NCBI GenBank assembly: GCA_035084275.1
Contig: CM068750.1
Location: forward strand, 7,874,001 to 7,938,000
From: Hydrolagus colliei
Taxonomy: Eukaryota
Length of the DNA: 64,000 bases
Reading direction: 5' to 3'
A model generated the notes under the pieces. That model saw only the letters and a program-made list of their open reading frames with translations, ran no database searches and had not been told where the DNA came from. Numbering within the stretch: the stretch's first letter is position 1; every line of letters starts with the position of its first letter. Below are positions 1 to 13,665 of the stretch, piece by piece. The position numbers and the translations under genes are program-made.

Positions 1-149
1 ATTAGATCTTTATTTAGGGAGAACGGGTCTATTAGGCTATGGGGAGCGGGCAGGGCAGTGGGATTGAATCGCTCTTTTCAAAGAGCCAGCACAGACTAGA
101 TGGGCCGAATGGCCTCCTTTTGTGCCGTAAAATTCTATGATTCTATGAT
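1..149 (+). mobile_element. CR1 LINE 3' end
   Basis: GATGGGCCGAATGGCCTCCTTTTGTGCCGTAAA followed by ATTCTATG-ATTCTATG octamer repeats, the typical CR1 3' terminus. Confidence 0.8.
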
Positions 150-2492
150 ATGTGAAAAGTGCCTTCCTGAATGTTGTGTCCCTTTAAAAAGGTCAGGTTT
201 GATGAACTGGAACAAAGCCAATCTTGTTTTCTTGTTTGGTCCCCACACCTCTGGCTGCACATCATGCTGAAGCGCTCTGAGACTCCATCCTGCGTTGAGG
301 GCACTATATAAATCAAAGTTGTTGTTGTTGTTACCTGTGTCACACTTCAGGGAAATCAGGGACGATGCCTTTAGTCACTTGAAACCAAAACCATGACCCT
401 TGTTCTTTGAACAAAGACAACAATTCTCATCAAAAAGAATCCGATTTAGCAATTTCTAAAATTGGTGCATTTCAAAAAGGCATACAATTAGGTGAAGTGG
501 AATGAAATAGAGCACATCAAGAGTCCCTGAAACCTGAACTCTGCTGAAATAGGTACTACAGGGAACAATTTTCAGGAGATTCTGAAGTGCTGAAGGTTCT
601 ACTTATGGGATTTTACTTTGATCCATCTTCACATTCCTATGATGCTGTAACCCAGTACTGTACTCCTAAGCTGCAGTCATGCTACTGGGAATGAAGGAGC
701 TTTGCTCTCAGTTACACAAACACTGCTGTGTATGGGTAAGCCGAGTGTTACACCGCATACTTCACACAGCAGTCAATCCTGATCAGAGAGAAAACGAGCG
801 CTCGAGTTTCACGCCGGAAGGATGCCATAAAAGTGCTTCTCAGAAATTACTGTAAACTCCGGTGACTGTGTAATTTGTAGGCGAATGGAAGATGCCAATT
901 TAATTGATGGAAATTGATGGATGGAAAGTTTGCATACTAATCAGAGTGATGGTCAAAGAGCTTTGAACGGTGATCGGGGAGCGAACCCGCCCTGACCGTT
1001 CACCGCCTTGGGACGTCCTCCAGATGCGAAAGGCAGCGGCGCTGTAAGTGTAACGTTGTTGTCGTTGCAACTGAACTGTTGCAGCTGAGGCTTACTGTGC
1101 TCCTGGAGTCACCTCCTCCAGGTGGTGTCAGGAACAGGTCTCTGTGATTCACCCTGTCAGATCCTGTTTACGTATATCACACGCTTGCCTGTGAAACACT
1201 GGCGAAAATTCAATGACTCATCACGAAATGTGCAGTATAAAAGCCTCATTACAGCCCCTCATTCATCTGGATTGATAACGTGCTCAACTCAGATCAGATT
1301 CAGTAAAAATAACAACAATCTCCACCACTACCTTTACAAGTGATATCATCACGCCATTGAGACGTCTCCAAGTGCTTCACACATTAAAGTGGAGAGACTG
1401 TGTACAGTCCAGTATATTATAATCCCGGAAAGCCATCTATCAATCGGCTCACAATGGGGTTTCTATCTAACCCTGAGGCTCAGGTGTCCCTCCCATGAAG
1501 TTGGATATGACATACTTTTCTGTTGCTCTCGGTGTTTTCTCAACCGATCCTCTTGCTTACTCCGTTTGATCGATCAGTCGATTTGTTAGGCAAATTGTAA
1601 AGTTTTGGGGGTGGATTCGGGGAAAAGGAGCATCCTGTTTGTTGAGCCCCAGCAAATGCACAATTTGCAGTTCAAAGACACATTGGATTGCATTGAGCCA
1701 ATGCTTTGGAACTGCAGTTGCCTCGAGTATTTTAAGCCCGATATCCGCAATTGCAAAACCCTCCCTTAAGGTATCAAGCCCACCAGCCTCTCTCGGGGAC
1801 ACTGTTGGAAAGGGAGGCTTGTTGGTGAGAGCGATAGAATAGAAAACCCGCTCTCACGAGTGTGAGACGATCTCCACATTTGTGCCACAAGCAGCGAGAC
1901 TTTCACAGCAACCGATTCAACAACTAAATCCTTGCCCCATGGGCGGAGTTGGGAGTTCATCCCAGATCCCCTGCCTGTCAACCATCTAAGTTCATTGGCC
2001 ATGTGCCTTTCTCTCTGTGGTTTTTTTTGGGGGGGAAAAGCAGCTATAAAACACCCTCATTTTATTAGCAAATTCCACGATTAATTCGGCCAATGCTCTC
2101 TCTCTCTCTCTCTCCCCCACCCACCCACACACCCCACACACACAAACACTATACACAAACGGGTGTGTTATTAGCAAGTGAGTTGAGCCCGGGTTGACAT
2201 TGTAAATACTGTGAAGTTTGCAGTAAACGTCTCCCAACTAATCCAAGCCCCCCCCCCCCCCCCCCCACCACAAGAGTGCTCAGAGACCAGGTACTACAGT
2301 CTGTATAGCCCTGTATCACCCCCACCCCCAACCCAACCCCCCCCAAACAATGAAGAGAAGCCAACCAGTCTACAGCTCAAAAAGATCTCTCTCTGTTGCA
2401 GGATTGAGTTGACCAGTGTCTGAAACACAAAAGCCCACTTTCCCTCTCCCCCAACCTCCCTCCCTCCCCCTTCCCTCCCCCCCTTCTCTTAC

Positions 2493-2616
2493 CTATAGTG
2501 GAAATGTGTGAAGCATGGAATTCATTGTCTGTAAACCGACACAACAGACAAGTCTTTCCCACCCCGGAATCTCCGATCAGAAGCAGCCTGAATAACACAT
2601 CATACTGCTTAGCCAT
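2493..2616 (-). CDS. RAB15: Rab15 small GTPase, coding exon 1 (remaining exons lie beyond the left edge)
   Basis: [41 protein letters not shown](G): P-loop GDSGVGKT and RAB15-type N-terminus; strong Kozak context caccATGG; 124 nt ending at donor G|GTAAG; RAB15-FNTB-MAX synteny. Confidence 0.96.
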
Positions 2617-2772
2617 GGTGCGTCCTCATGGGTTTGTGGGGTGGGAGGTAAGGTGGGTGGGAGGTAAGGTGGGTGGAGGCGGATCCTCTTTTTAACCGTG
2701 TAGTTGAAGCCCTGATTGCGGCTGTTTGACTCCTCTCTCCAGTCCCATCTCTGCTTCTGTGGGTAGGGAGGG

Positions 2773-2938
2773 NNNNNNNNNNNNNNNNNNNNNNNNNNNN
2801 NNNNNNNNNNNNNNNNNNNNNNNNNNNNNNNNNNNNNNNNNNNNNNNNNNNNNNNNNNNNNNNNNNNNNNNNNNNNNNNNNNNNNNNNNNNNNNNNNNNN
2901 NNNNNNNNNNNNNNNNNNNNNNNNNNNNNNNNNNNNNN
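2773..2938. other. Assembly gap (166 N) in the RAB15 5' region
   Basis: Run of N. Confidence 1.
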
Positions 2939-2999
2939 CTCAGTGGGGTAGGGTAGTAGCACTTGTCTTTCGTCGCATTCCCCAGTGGCTTCTTTCTCT

Positions 3000-3700
3000 G
3001 CTGTCTGTCTCTACGTGTGTGTTGTATGTCTGTCTAGTGTGTGTGTTTTATATATATATATATATGTGTGTGTTGTATGGATGTCTCTGTGTGTCTGTTG
3101 AATCTCTGGCGCTAATGTACACGGTAGATGTGGAGGGAGGAGGAAGGGAGGGAGGGGAGGGTTTTGGGACTTCACACACACACACACACAAAAAAAAAAT
3201 GACGCTGGTTTACAATCCGACTGTGGGACAGAGAGTCCGGGGAAAGGGGATTGGAATCGGTCAATGTCTGCAATGAATGACGCGATTTGCAGAACTCCAC
3301 CTTCACTGCCGCAGCTCCAGCGGCCAATCCTCCCTGGATCTGTTTTTTTGGGGGGGAACATAAAAGGATTCTCATTGTTTATACTCTTTGCGGCTTTGTG
3401 TGTGTGTGTGTTTTTTTTCCCTTCCAAAAACAATCTTTTATTTCTCCCTCTCTATTTCTCCTCCGCCCTTTTCTCCTCTCCTCATGGTGCCAGCTGCTTT
3501 CATCTCTACTGTATTCCTTTCATTGAGATGATGTACGTACTGTTATGTGTGGCTGTTTGATATGTGTGTGTGTGTATAGGGATTCCTCTTTCATCACAGT
3601 CTCTCTCTGTCTTTCATTCAATTTCGCTTTATGCGTGTGATCGGTTTTCTCCCATCTATTTATTTCTCCCTCCTCGCCTGCTCTTTCCCCCTCCCATTCT
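3000..3700. repeat. Microsatellite/low-complexity region (TG, TA, CA, CT tracts) upstream of RAB15
   Basis: (TG)n, (TA)n, (CA)n and pyrimidine tracts visible directly. Confidence 0.8.
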
Positions 3701-4457
3701 CCATGCTGCAAATCTGGTATTAATGAACAAAGGGAAGCAGCCCTTTGTATCTCTCACAGAACAGCTGATCTCGACTCTCAGATGTGCCCCATTTTTTTAA
3801 ATTACAATACAAAGCAAAGTCGGATATGTGGCCACGTTATTTCTCTTTGCTTTCGATCCAAGGAACCGAGCCCATGCATTATAGATATTAATATTTTCTT
3901 GTTTCGCCAACACCTTTGGCAGCGCGCAATTGTGTGCAATTATCCAATGGAGAACCACTGAATAATGTGATCTGATTCCAATCTTTCCACAGTCCCAGAA
4001 ACCCGAGAAGGAAAGCACAACATTCTTGCTTCCCTCGGGAGAAACCGTGGCTTCTTCCTCTGACACACATGTACGCGAATCCTATTTTGAATTATTGCAA
4101 CACATTTTACTCTGGAATTATTATCAACAATAATAATATTACAATTTCAATGTAACAAAAGCTCTGAATCCAAATATCATTCAGACCGATTGTTAAATCA
4201 ATGATTCCAAAGATTAAACACCTTTAGTTTTTTTTAAATGGGGGGGCGAAGGAGGGTCATTTTGAAAACCAAGAACTTCTTTTAAATTCAATATATCCAA
4301 TTGGACAAGTTAGATTTTTTTTTAATTCCGCACATTCGATTGGTTATTTCAAACTTACAGAGCCACTCAAGTGACCAGAGTTTGATGAACTTGTTGGGTT
4401 AAATTATTAGGTGATCTATCATCTCTTCCCCCCCATGGTGATGATGTATTTAAGATG

Positions 4458-4560
4458 TAGAACCATAGAAGTTTACAGCACAACATAAAGCCAGTTGGCC
4501 CATCGTGCCTGTGCATGCTGGCTGCTTTAAGAGCAATCCTTTTAGTTCCATTTACCTGCC
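4458..4560 (-). mobile_element. CR1 LINE 3' end fragment
   Basis: Reverse complement resembles the CR1 tail at 1-149. Confidence 0.6.
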
Positions 4561-5063
4561 TTTTCCCCTTCAAGCTTTGCGGGTTAGTCACATGGGAGCA
4601 GTGGTGTGGATAGGCATAACCTGAAAGTACATTTAGAACTGAATCTTCACTGCAGTGTGAACTCTGTCAGCCATGTTTCTTTTTTCCCCCATCAGTGGTG
4701 TCAATCTGCAACCACTTGACAGAACCAGCTGTTTTGCAGCTGAAGGACTCCGATGTTCTGTCTGAAGCCATGCAAAATAAACTGCCATTGTTTGCAACTT
4801 TGCACTCAGAACAATAAGTCAGAAATCTGCATCCCGGACACCACTGCAACCTGTGCAAGTTCTAGCTGGGGTGGTTATTTTTGATGCTGGATTCCTCCCC
4901 GCGGAGTACATAATGCAGGACACAAACAGCAACAGTCTTGGGCTGCTTTACAAAGTGGTTCTATTCCTGAAATATTCCGCAACACAAATTTCGCCTAAAT
5001 TTGCATAGAGCCCCAGGCTCTCGGCTCCAAGTCCTATTGAGGGTGGCCAGTTTCGACAGCTTA

Positions 5064-5410
5064 AATAATAATAATGATAATAATAATGCTTGCTTTTGAT
5101 ATAGCGCTTTCCACATCTTATCAACGTCCCAAAGCGCTTCACAGAATATACTGTAAAGTGAATTGACTGTATATATTTGTGGGCGAATCGCGGCAGCCAA
5201 TTGCGCACAGCAGTGTCCCACATACAGTCGTGGATTGAAATGACCAATTTTATTATTGTGTTTTTTTGGAGGGATTATTATTAGGCATGTGGAGTAAGGA
5301 AACGTGCCCAAGGTTTCGCCCTGACCTGCCTGGATTTGAACACAGGTCTCCCCAGCTTGGTTTCCCCAGCTTGCAAGACAAGTGCTCTAACCACTGAGCC
5401 ACAGGAGCTC
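5064..5410 (-). mobile_element. tRNA-derived Deu-domain SINE, near full length
   Basis: Minus strand: A-box TGGCTCAGTGG, central AATTGGCTGCCGCGATTCGCCC domain, tail GAAAGCGCTATATCAAA and (TTA)n; homologous to 16709-17017. Confidence 0.85.
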
Positions 5411-8400
5411 CAGGCTTATAGACTTTTGCTGGAACATCTTTCTTCGTGCATAATTTTTTAAAATTGTCCTACTGGCTGACGTTGATATCTTTTTCAAGAA
5501 ACTGACAAGAATTCCTCAGCTGAACTGCTCATTCCCCATCTCTGGACACAACAAAGCATGACCAGCTCTAATGGCAATGTCCACATATGTTTACTGTATA
5601 TTGCCATTTGGAGAAAGATTTATGCCAATGTACCCTTTCGATGGCATCTCTCTGGGTGGTGCATACACAGCAGCTGATGATATCAGCAATAACATAGTAC
5701 ATCAGTACTGGTACTGACACCAGTGATCGAACTGTCGTCAATGGCAAATCAAGCAATGTAACTGCAGCACAAGTGGCATGCGGTCCTGTCCCCTCACACA
5801 TGATTGCCACAAGTTGTGCTGGGACATAGCCTATCCCACGGAGCCTCCTTACCTGCCAATGTCACATGTTTATCGTAAAATTTCAATTGCAGCTACTTTT
5901 TCCAAATAAATGTGAATTATAAACGAGTTTGTTTTAAAAGGAGACCTATTGGATCAGTGGTGATAGCTGCATCTGTGAGGACATAATAGGCAGTATCAGT
6001 GTTGCCTAATGGTTTAATATTGTCCTGTGTAACTATTCTCTGTAATAATATCCCATTCAATATTAATTGGTAACATGTTACCTGACAGCCTGATGCTATT
6101 ATATTTCCCTCGAGTCAAACTGCACCTCATGACCCCACTGAGATCTATTCTTTGTGTGAAGGAAACCAGGTGATGGAAAAACCAGGAGAAAAAAATGACG
6201 ACTTCTTACCCAATACAAAGAAATGTTATCGATCCTGATGCTTTCTCCTGAGTATGTCACAATCTAAAAGAGGGCTTCTGTTCAGCTGTTTTGCCATACA
6301 GTACTGATTTCTCCCTAATGTTTTTAAGCAATAATAATAGTTCTTCCATTTAACATTGAGATCATGTCTTAAAGCAATTCAGAGGATTTCCTGTAAATTA
6401 TTATTATTGTTGCATTATTAAGTTGGGAGGGAAGGGTTATTAAATTAGTTGCACAAGAAATGTCTGAATGGTTCCCTCTTATCTGTTGATGGATTACCAT
6501 CCCTAGTGCATTCCAGTTCAGGACACCCATGAGAACTATACTGTACAACCTGCCAGATACTGGTTACACCCTACACAGCTGGATGATATTGAGTTAAATT
6601 ACTCTTACTCATTGCCTCCTCTCCTGAAAGTATTTGACTCTTTTTCCCCCTTTTATTGGGGTACAGTTCTTCAGACACCCACAGGACCTTCCCTAAATAG
6701 TTACTTATTTATGAATGAGCCACGACAGCGAGTGTTGGCAATTTATATGGCTGTTGGGGAGTTTCAGCTATTTTGTTAGTTTTGGGAATAATGACGCAGT
6801 TCACTGCTGCAGTTTTACATTGAGGGCACAGGAACACGTTCAGCATTCTTGGTGCAATGTAATTCAATATCACCTGCCTTGGATGCTGCACATTGCCAAA
6901 ACAAGAAAACAGGCAGCGAGACACACACTGCCCAAACTAATCCAATAATAATTATCCTTGCAATTGATGTAGTGCTTCACATGATTTTACTGGGAGGCAG
7001 TGTGACTGTATTTGTGGCTGAACTAAAACAGAAAGACTCTTACTGCATGATAGCTACTCATTTTATAAGGGAACAGTTGCAAATCATCAACTTCTCCAAA
7101 GGAGCTCAACAATTTTCTTAAAATATTCAAAACTTAAATAAAATGTCATTGTGCTCAGTCAGAAGTACTCAAACCTGGTCAGAGATATTTTAGATTCTAC
7201 TTCCTTTGAGATTCCTTTTCCGATAAGGAATGTGAACTGCACTCAAGTGCATCTATCATATGCAATAGTAATCTTAAACTGTTTTTCTCTCAGTAACTGC
7301 TGAACAACCTGAACAGGTCATTGTCCCTCAATGATAATAATAAAAGCAAATTAAATCAAGGCTTTTTTTTCACAAAAGGATGACTCAGTACAGTGGAAAA
7401 GATGGTAAAATAAAATGCCTGAAACCAGAAATATATTGTAGTTTTCATTGTTGCACTTATCAGAACACTCCTGCATAATAATAAGTATAGTGACTGTGCA
7501 TTTTGTAGGTGAATGTGACAGACAATTTATGCATAGCGTGGCCTATGAACAGCCATGAAGTGAATGATCATGAATATCTATGAAGTGAATGATAATACTC
7601 CAAAGAAGGAAATATTGTATACATCATTGCAGAAATACAAATGCATTCAAAATGAATGTAGTCGTGAGCATGTTAACTAGGTTTGAATACTATGAGTATC
7701 ATATATCAGCATTAAGTACCCGTCATTCTAACCAGATTATAGAAACCATATCACACCAGTGAACAAGATAAATGTCAGTAGAAAGTGATTTTAGAAATAT
7801 TATTCTAAAATTGGTTCATTTAATTTGGGCAGAGATTAGGGCAATATTCAGAGGAAGAGAAACAATAGCATGATTGAGAAGAAAAAGCAGTCAAGGAAAT
7901 CCAACCTTCGTGTTCATCTTTGGAGGCAAATGGTTCTCTGAAATTTAAAGCTTTCAGTGAGCCAGGGTACAATCTTTTATTAGGACATGTATTACTGGGA
8001 TTCATACTTAATCCACAATTCAAATTTTATTAGAAGTTTCCTGTGCTTTTTAACTGTGATTAAGACTCAAATTGAGGATTCTAAGGAGCATGGCAAGTGC
8101 TATTTGGACTTTTTCATTCAGCAAAACAGCATCTTTCAGGTGAGATGTAAGCCTGAGGTCCCATTTTCCTCTTTGGGTGGGAGTTATGGATCTTCTGTGA
8201 AGCGTTTACGTTTGATATAGCGCTTTTCACATCTTCTAGACGTCTCAATGCGCTTCACACAATATACTGTAAAGTGAATTGACTGTATATTTATGGGTGG
8301 AACAAAGAATAATAATTATTATTAATAACCTGCCTACTGTTTTGTGGCATGTTGTGAAAATGAGAAGTGAATGAGAAGCCAGATGGATTTCAATCAAATT

Positions 8401-8763
8401 GTGACAGGATTGTTAGAGGCTGAAACTGCGCCACCTGCAGGGAATGGAATCCCATTGAGTGCTGAATTTAAATTATTTGTCTGTACTTTCAGTTACGTTG
8501 TCTCTTAACTCCCACTTCATCTGCACTACACAACAGTACTTTTCTGGGCTGGAAGACAAAAACTCAAATTAATTCCCATGAAGGAACTCTGATCACAAAT
8601 TCAGACTGATGAAATCTTACCCTGTGATAAGTAATTACTGTGTAGCTCATTGTGAAAGCACCACATTTACCATCAATACAATATTTCAGATTTACCAGAC
8701 TGATGTCAGTCCCTTTCATGGGTCTCTGTTTGTCTGAAGCTGGACATGTACTAAGTAAAGTAG

Positions 8764-9090
8764 CAACAACAACAAATCACACTTGTATAGCATCCTTCAC
8801 GTTGGAAAGATGCCCAGGACACTGGACAACAGGTGTTTTGGACCTGAGCTGGGAGGGGTCAGAATGGGAGGAAAGTGGTGGGTTGGGAAAGTGCCAAAGG
8901 CATGGTTGAGGAGGAAGGTCTTCAGATGGGACTTGAAGGAGGCAAGAGTGGGGGTGAAGTGGAGGGAATGCGGGATAGAGTTCCAGAGTGTGGGGGCAGA
9001 GATACTGAATGCCTGACCGCCAATGTTGAGGGTGGGAAGTGCGGAGGACCTGATGCAGGCCGGTATCCATAAGGGTCAGTTTCCTCAGCA
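8764..9090 (-). mobile_element. L2 LINE 3' fragment
   Basis: Homologous to the 3' parts of the L2 copies at 45994-47545 and 61735-62550; (GTT)n-type tail. Confidence 0.7.
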
Positions 9091-9222
9091 AAGCATTTAT
9101 CTGAAACCTGCTCCAGCTAATATCGAGGTCTGGTCAATTATTACTGCCACCAGAGTTAATAGAGCATCATGAAAGTGTGAGATTTCTGCTCTACACTCAC
9201 ACACAACACATAGAAAAGGTAA

Positions 9223-9405
9223 ACAAAACAAAATACTACAGATGCTGGAAATCTGAAACAAAAACAAAAGTTGCTGGGAAAACTCAGCAGGTCACAGGAT
9301 GACGTCTGGGACGAAGGGTCATGGATCCGAAATGTTGACTCACTTTCCTTTCTCCATGGATGCTGCCTGACCAGCTGCGTTTTCCCAGCAACTTCTGTTT
9401 TTGTT
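9223..9405. mobile_element. 183-bp hairpin retroelement (Penelope-like remnant) with 15-bp TSD and degenerate hammerhead core
   Basis: Direct repeat ACATAGAAAAGGTAA at 9208-9222 and 9406-9420; 38-bp inverted repeat 9257-9294/9368-9405 (3 mismatches); loop contains CTGGGACGA-A-GGGTC-ATG-GATCC-GAAA-TGTTG. Confidence 0.75.
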
Positions 9406-9499
9406 ACATAGAAAAGGTAACATGATATGGTGACTTATCTGAGTCAAAAAAGTTTTTATTCATTTACAGATTTTGAATGAGGCTGTATTTGTTAAAATT

Positions 9500-9935
9500 C
9501 TAGGCTCCCACATTCGAGAAGACATTAGCCAGGGATCAGAGAGGAGCTACAAAGATGGTTCGGTGACCTAGGACACTAATACGAGTTGAACTTCTTTTCA
9601 TTTGAAAAATGAGGATAAAAGAGAAGCGATGGTCCAGATGTTTAAAATGCAGAGAAACCAGAGCAATAACAAAATTATATTTGTTTTGTGCATGGATAAT
9701 GTAGATCAAAGCATTCTATTTAACTTGGATTGTGCGTGCAGAATCAATTAAACTGAAGCACAAAACTAAGAAGCCTCAGGTAACATTAGACATCAAATAA
9801 AATCACTCTCCCCAAGAAAAGTGAATGTGACGTCCAGAATTAATTATTGAAAACAAAAACTGGGTGACAACCTCTTTGGGACCAGAATTGAAGATCATTA
9901 GGGTAAGAATAGAGAGAAGTTATGAACCACTGTAG
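9500..9935 (+). mobile_element. Old CR1 fragment (RT C-terminus to 3' end)
   Basis: Degenerate CR1-like sequence (e.g. CAGAGAGGAGCTACAAAGATGG); boundaries approximate. Confidence 0.45.
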
Positions 9936-10052
9936 AACTGAATGCTTTGTTCGCATGCTGTTTGGAACTATTAAAATGTCACTCATAGAAACTGGAAAGC
10001 CAGAGTTGAATAACGCAGGTTTTGTTGATAGTATTCATGTTACTCTTATACT

Positions 10053-10940
10053 CAACTCTTATCTCTCCCACCATCTCCACTTTGTGGCCACCAATGGCTT
10101 CTCCTCTAGCTCTTGCACTGTCACCTGTGGCATCCCCCAGGGCTCTGTCTAGGCCCTCTACTTTTCAATATCTACATGCTCTCCTTTGGTGACATCATCC
10201 GCAGACATGGGATCAACATCCACATGTATGCGGATCACAGCCAATTCTATCTTTCTGTCTCTACCCTCGATTCCAGGACCACTGCTGTCCTGACAGACAT
10301 CAAATCCTGGACGAGAGCTAGCTTTGTATAGTTGAATGTCAACAAGACCAAGGCCTTCTTGATTGGCTCGTGCCATCGCCTTCATACCTCAGGCACTGGC
10401 ACCATTAACATCCATGGATGCACACTCTAACTCACCAAACCAGTCAGGAACCTGATGTCTTGTTTGTTCCTCAACTGTCTTTCCTCCCCCACATCCATGC
10501 CATGACCAGTTCTGCATTCCCTCACCTCCGCAACATTGCACAACTCCGCCACTAACTCGCCTCTCAGGCAGCTGAAACTCTCATTCATGTCTTAATCATG
10601 TCCAGGCTCGACTATGCCAATACCCTGCTTGTCGACCTTACCACCTCCTCCATAGGCTACAGATCATCCAGAAATCCTCTTCTACAACAAGCTCTGCAAC
10701 CCCATCTCTCCCATTCTTGCCCGACTCCATTGGCTCCCCATCATCAGAGGATTCAATTCAAAATCCTGATCCTCACCTATAAGGCCCTCCATACCTCTGC
10801 AACCTCCTAACCCCCTAGCAACTTGTTTACTCCATTCGCTCAGTGGACTCCGGTCTGCTCCATATCCCCCGACCCACCCACCCCACCATTGGTGGGTGAG
10901 CCTTCAGCCACTCTGCCCCCAACCTCTGGAATTTCACCTC
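10053..10940 (+). mobile_element. L2 LINE fragment (RT C-terminal region)
   Basis: Translations give CGIPQGSV, LGPLLFNIYM, HMYADHSQFYL, SRLDYAN, QRIQFKILILTYKAL; frameshifted. Confidence 0.9.
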
Positions 10941-13429
10941 GCAATGTCATTTTGTTATTGTTGTACTCACTTATTTCCCTCCCAATGTCTTGCTCCCAGG
11001 ACATTTATGATTCCTACTATATACAGTATATAGCTGATAGGAGAGGAAAATTAAGAAAGAGTAAGTACAAAAGATTTCACTTGAAATGAGAGGAACAAGA
11101 ATACATATATTTTAACATAGAAAACAAGATGTTTGCAGCTTACGGTCACTCACACGTTGCATTGGCTCAACATTGTACAAAAAAGCATGTTAAATTGCCT
11201 ATGATCTTAGTAATTTTAGTAAGAGTTGGCATTAATATACGCTTCTTAATGAACTGAACTAAAATGTTTGATGCTGGTATCGTCCTATCACAGTTAAATT
11301 GATTATACTACAGTTTTGATAATATTAACCTAAAATAAGAACTAAACCCATATTTGCTGTAAGGCTCACTTCAGTTACGCAGAATCCTACAGACTGCTAT
11401 AAATTATGAACAGTGTAACAGGCAGAGTGGCCTTATCTCATTTCACACTTTCTAATGTTCAATTGGAATTTGACGTCAGTGGATTTTTGACTGACACATT
11501 TAAATGAAGGAAGTGAGGGGGTTTTTTCTCTGAGAAAGAAGACAGAATAAACAGAATTGAATTATTTCTGAATGTGGAAATGAAAGCTTAGCCAGGTCTT
11601 AAGTTTAAAATAAAAAGTTATTTTTAGAAAAGCTTTGTCCTGCAACATTGTGCCACAATTGCTTTATTGCACAGTATTTCAGCATCAGCACGTAATGCTT
11701 TATTGGAGTTCAAACAATTGTGCTTCATTATCTACAGAAATGATTCATTTCTCATTGTCAAAAGTTTCAAAATTCAATATAAAAGCTGGATGCATTATCT
11801 GAGTGAACTGGTGCAGACACATTGTCAGGTCAGGTGCTTCATTGGCTAGAAGGAACAGACAGGTTTTGCTGTTTTGCAATAAACCATGTTGTATTTTCAG
11901 GCTCGTGGACTGAAAGATGTGCCTTGTTAAAACCCAGAGATATTACCACCTCATGTCACATAACGATGCAATGCCAGTTTCTCAAGCACAATCTGAACCC
12001 AGTCTGAGATTGGCTGTGTGGGCAAGTCACTGAATAATGATGTGCAACTTTCCTATACAGAGAGAGAGCAATTGAAGGACAATTGGACTGACACCAAACC
12101 AAATGGACTTCTCTGAGGCTCCAGCTTAAGAATGGCACAGTAATAATAAACATGGTTACCTTGTCTGCCATCTCAGTAGTAAAATGGTATGTGGCCCAGG
12201 TGAACATGAAGAAGAGGAGAATAAATAAGGAAATAGTTGATAGACATGTTCACAAAATACACAGAATATATAGAATATATATTGAATATATTGTATATAT
12301 ATATATTCTATATATAGAATATATTCTGGGAAATACTTTGAGATGTCTCCACAGTGTGACAAGGCGCTGTATCACATGCAAGAATTATTATTATTAATGT
12401 AGCAGTATCAGCCAAAAGAAAATAAGCTTTTATTCAATTTATAACGATTTGGGAAGGTTAAGTGTGCAATTTATATTTTCATTCCTAAACTAATACTGTA
12501 ATTTGATTATTGCCTTAAGAAATCAATGGAATTAAGTTTGAAGATAAAATCAGTAATATAGCTTGATTGGACATGCCTGACCTGACAGAAGGCAGGAAAG
12601 CCCAACTTTCTTTACACTGGAACCAATTGATATCTAAACTAAATATAGACGTAGCAAAGGGTCACGTTTGAATGCATAATTAAATGATTATTGAGCTTTC
12701 AGACTGTCACAGAGAATAACACTTTCTTATATACATTACAACTGTGAAGTGCAGTACTGTACATGTACTATAAAAGCAGACAGATAATTATAAGATTTGG
12801 ATTCCAATTTCCTGTTGTGAATGCTGACAGCTATTGATGTTTACGAGTGTTGTCTCCAGGAAGCAACCATCAGATACAGAGGAAGTTAATTAAACAAATT
12901 CATAAAAGCCTGTTTCATTCTGCGACAGGAAGAGCATCTTAATGATTTTCAAAACACCACTATTTTTAAAAATAATAATGTATATTTTTCAGACACTGTT
13001 AACTTAAATAAATACATTATTTTGAATGCTCAAAACAGTCAAGCATAGCATAAAGCTTTGCTCCCAGGCCTCCTGACTGCCTGTGATATTCTCTCAATGC
13101 CTGGAGTTACAGGACTGTAAACTCTTTCCAATAAAAGGAAATGAAACTGTTGCATTACAAGTCAATCTTAATTGCTTAGAAGACTGTGAAATGTTCCAGA
13201 AGGATAGTTTCTTTATATTTATGTGTCCAATATCTGTAAAGTACATCAAATTACCGGTATATCAAATTTGGTTGTACCCAGCAGCATTAACGATAATACG
13301 ATGCAATTATTTTCTGACAGTGGATCAAATGCTGTTGTTCTTTAGACCAGTTTGATGACAGTGATTCCTCTCTCCTGCCCTGCTACATAAATGAACCCAA
13401 CAACTTTGCACAGTGAGGAAAGAGAGAGA

Positions 13430-13665
13430 GAGACATAGAGGTTACATCATTGACTTTCAAGCCGAATTAGGCCTTCAAGAATAATTAAGATAAAACGGAC
13501 ACTTTCCAAAGATAATTCAAAGATAATTAACAATTGAAACAGATTTCCAGGAAAGGTCATCGAGGCCAGCATGATGGACTCGCACAAGATAAAATATTTT
13601 GATGCTGTGATGGGGATATGGTCAGGTGGAAGGATGATATCAAGTGAGCTGAAGGCCTCCCTCCG
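13430..13665 (+). mobile_element. Old CR1 3' fragment
   Basis: Degenerate CR1 3' region ending ...GAGCTGAAGGCCTCCCTC; approximate. Confidence 0.4.
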
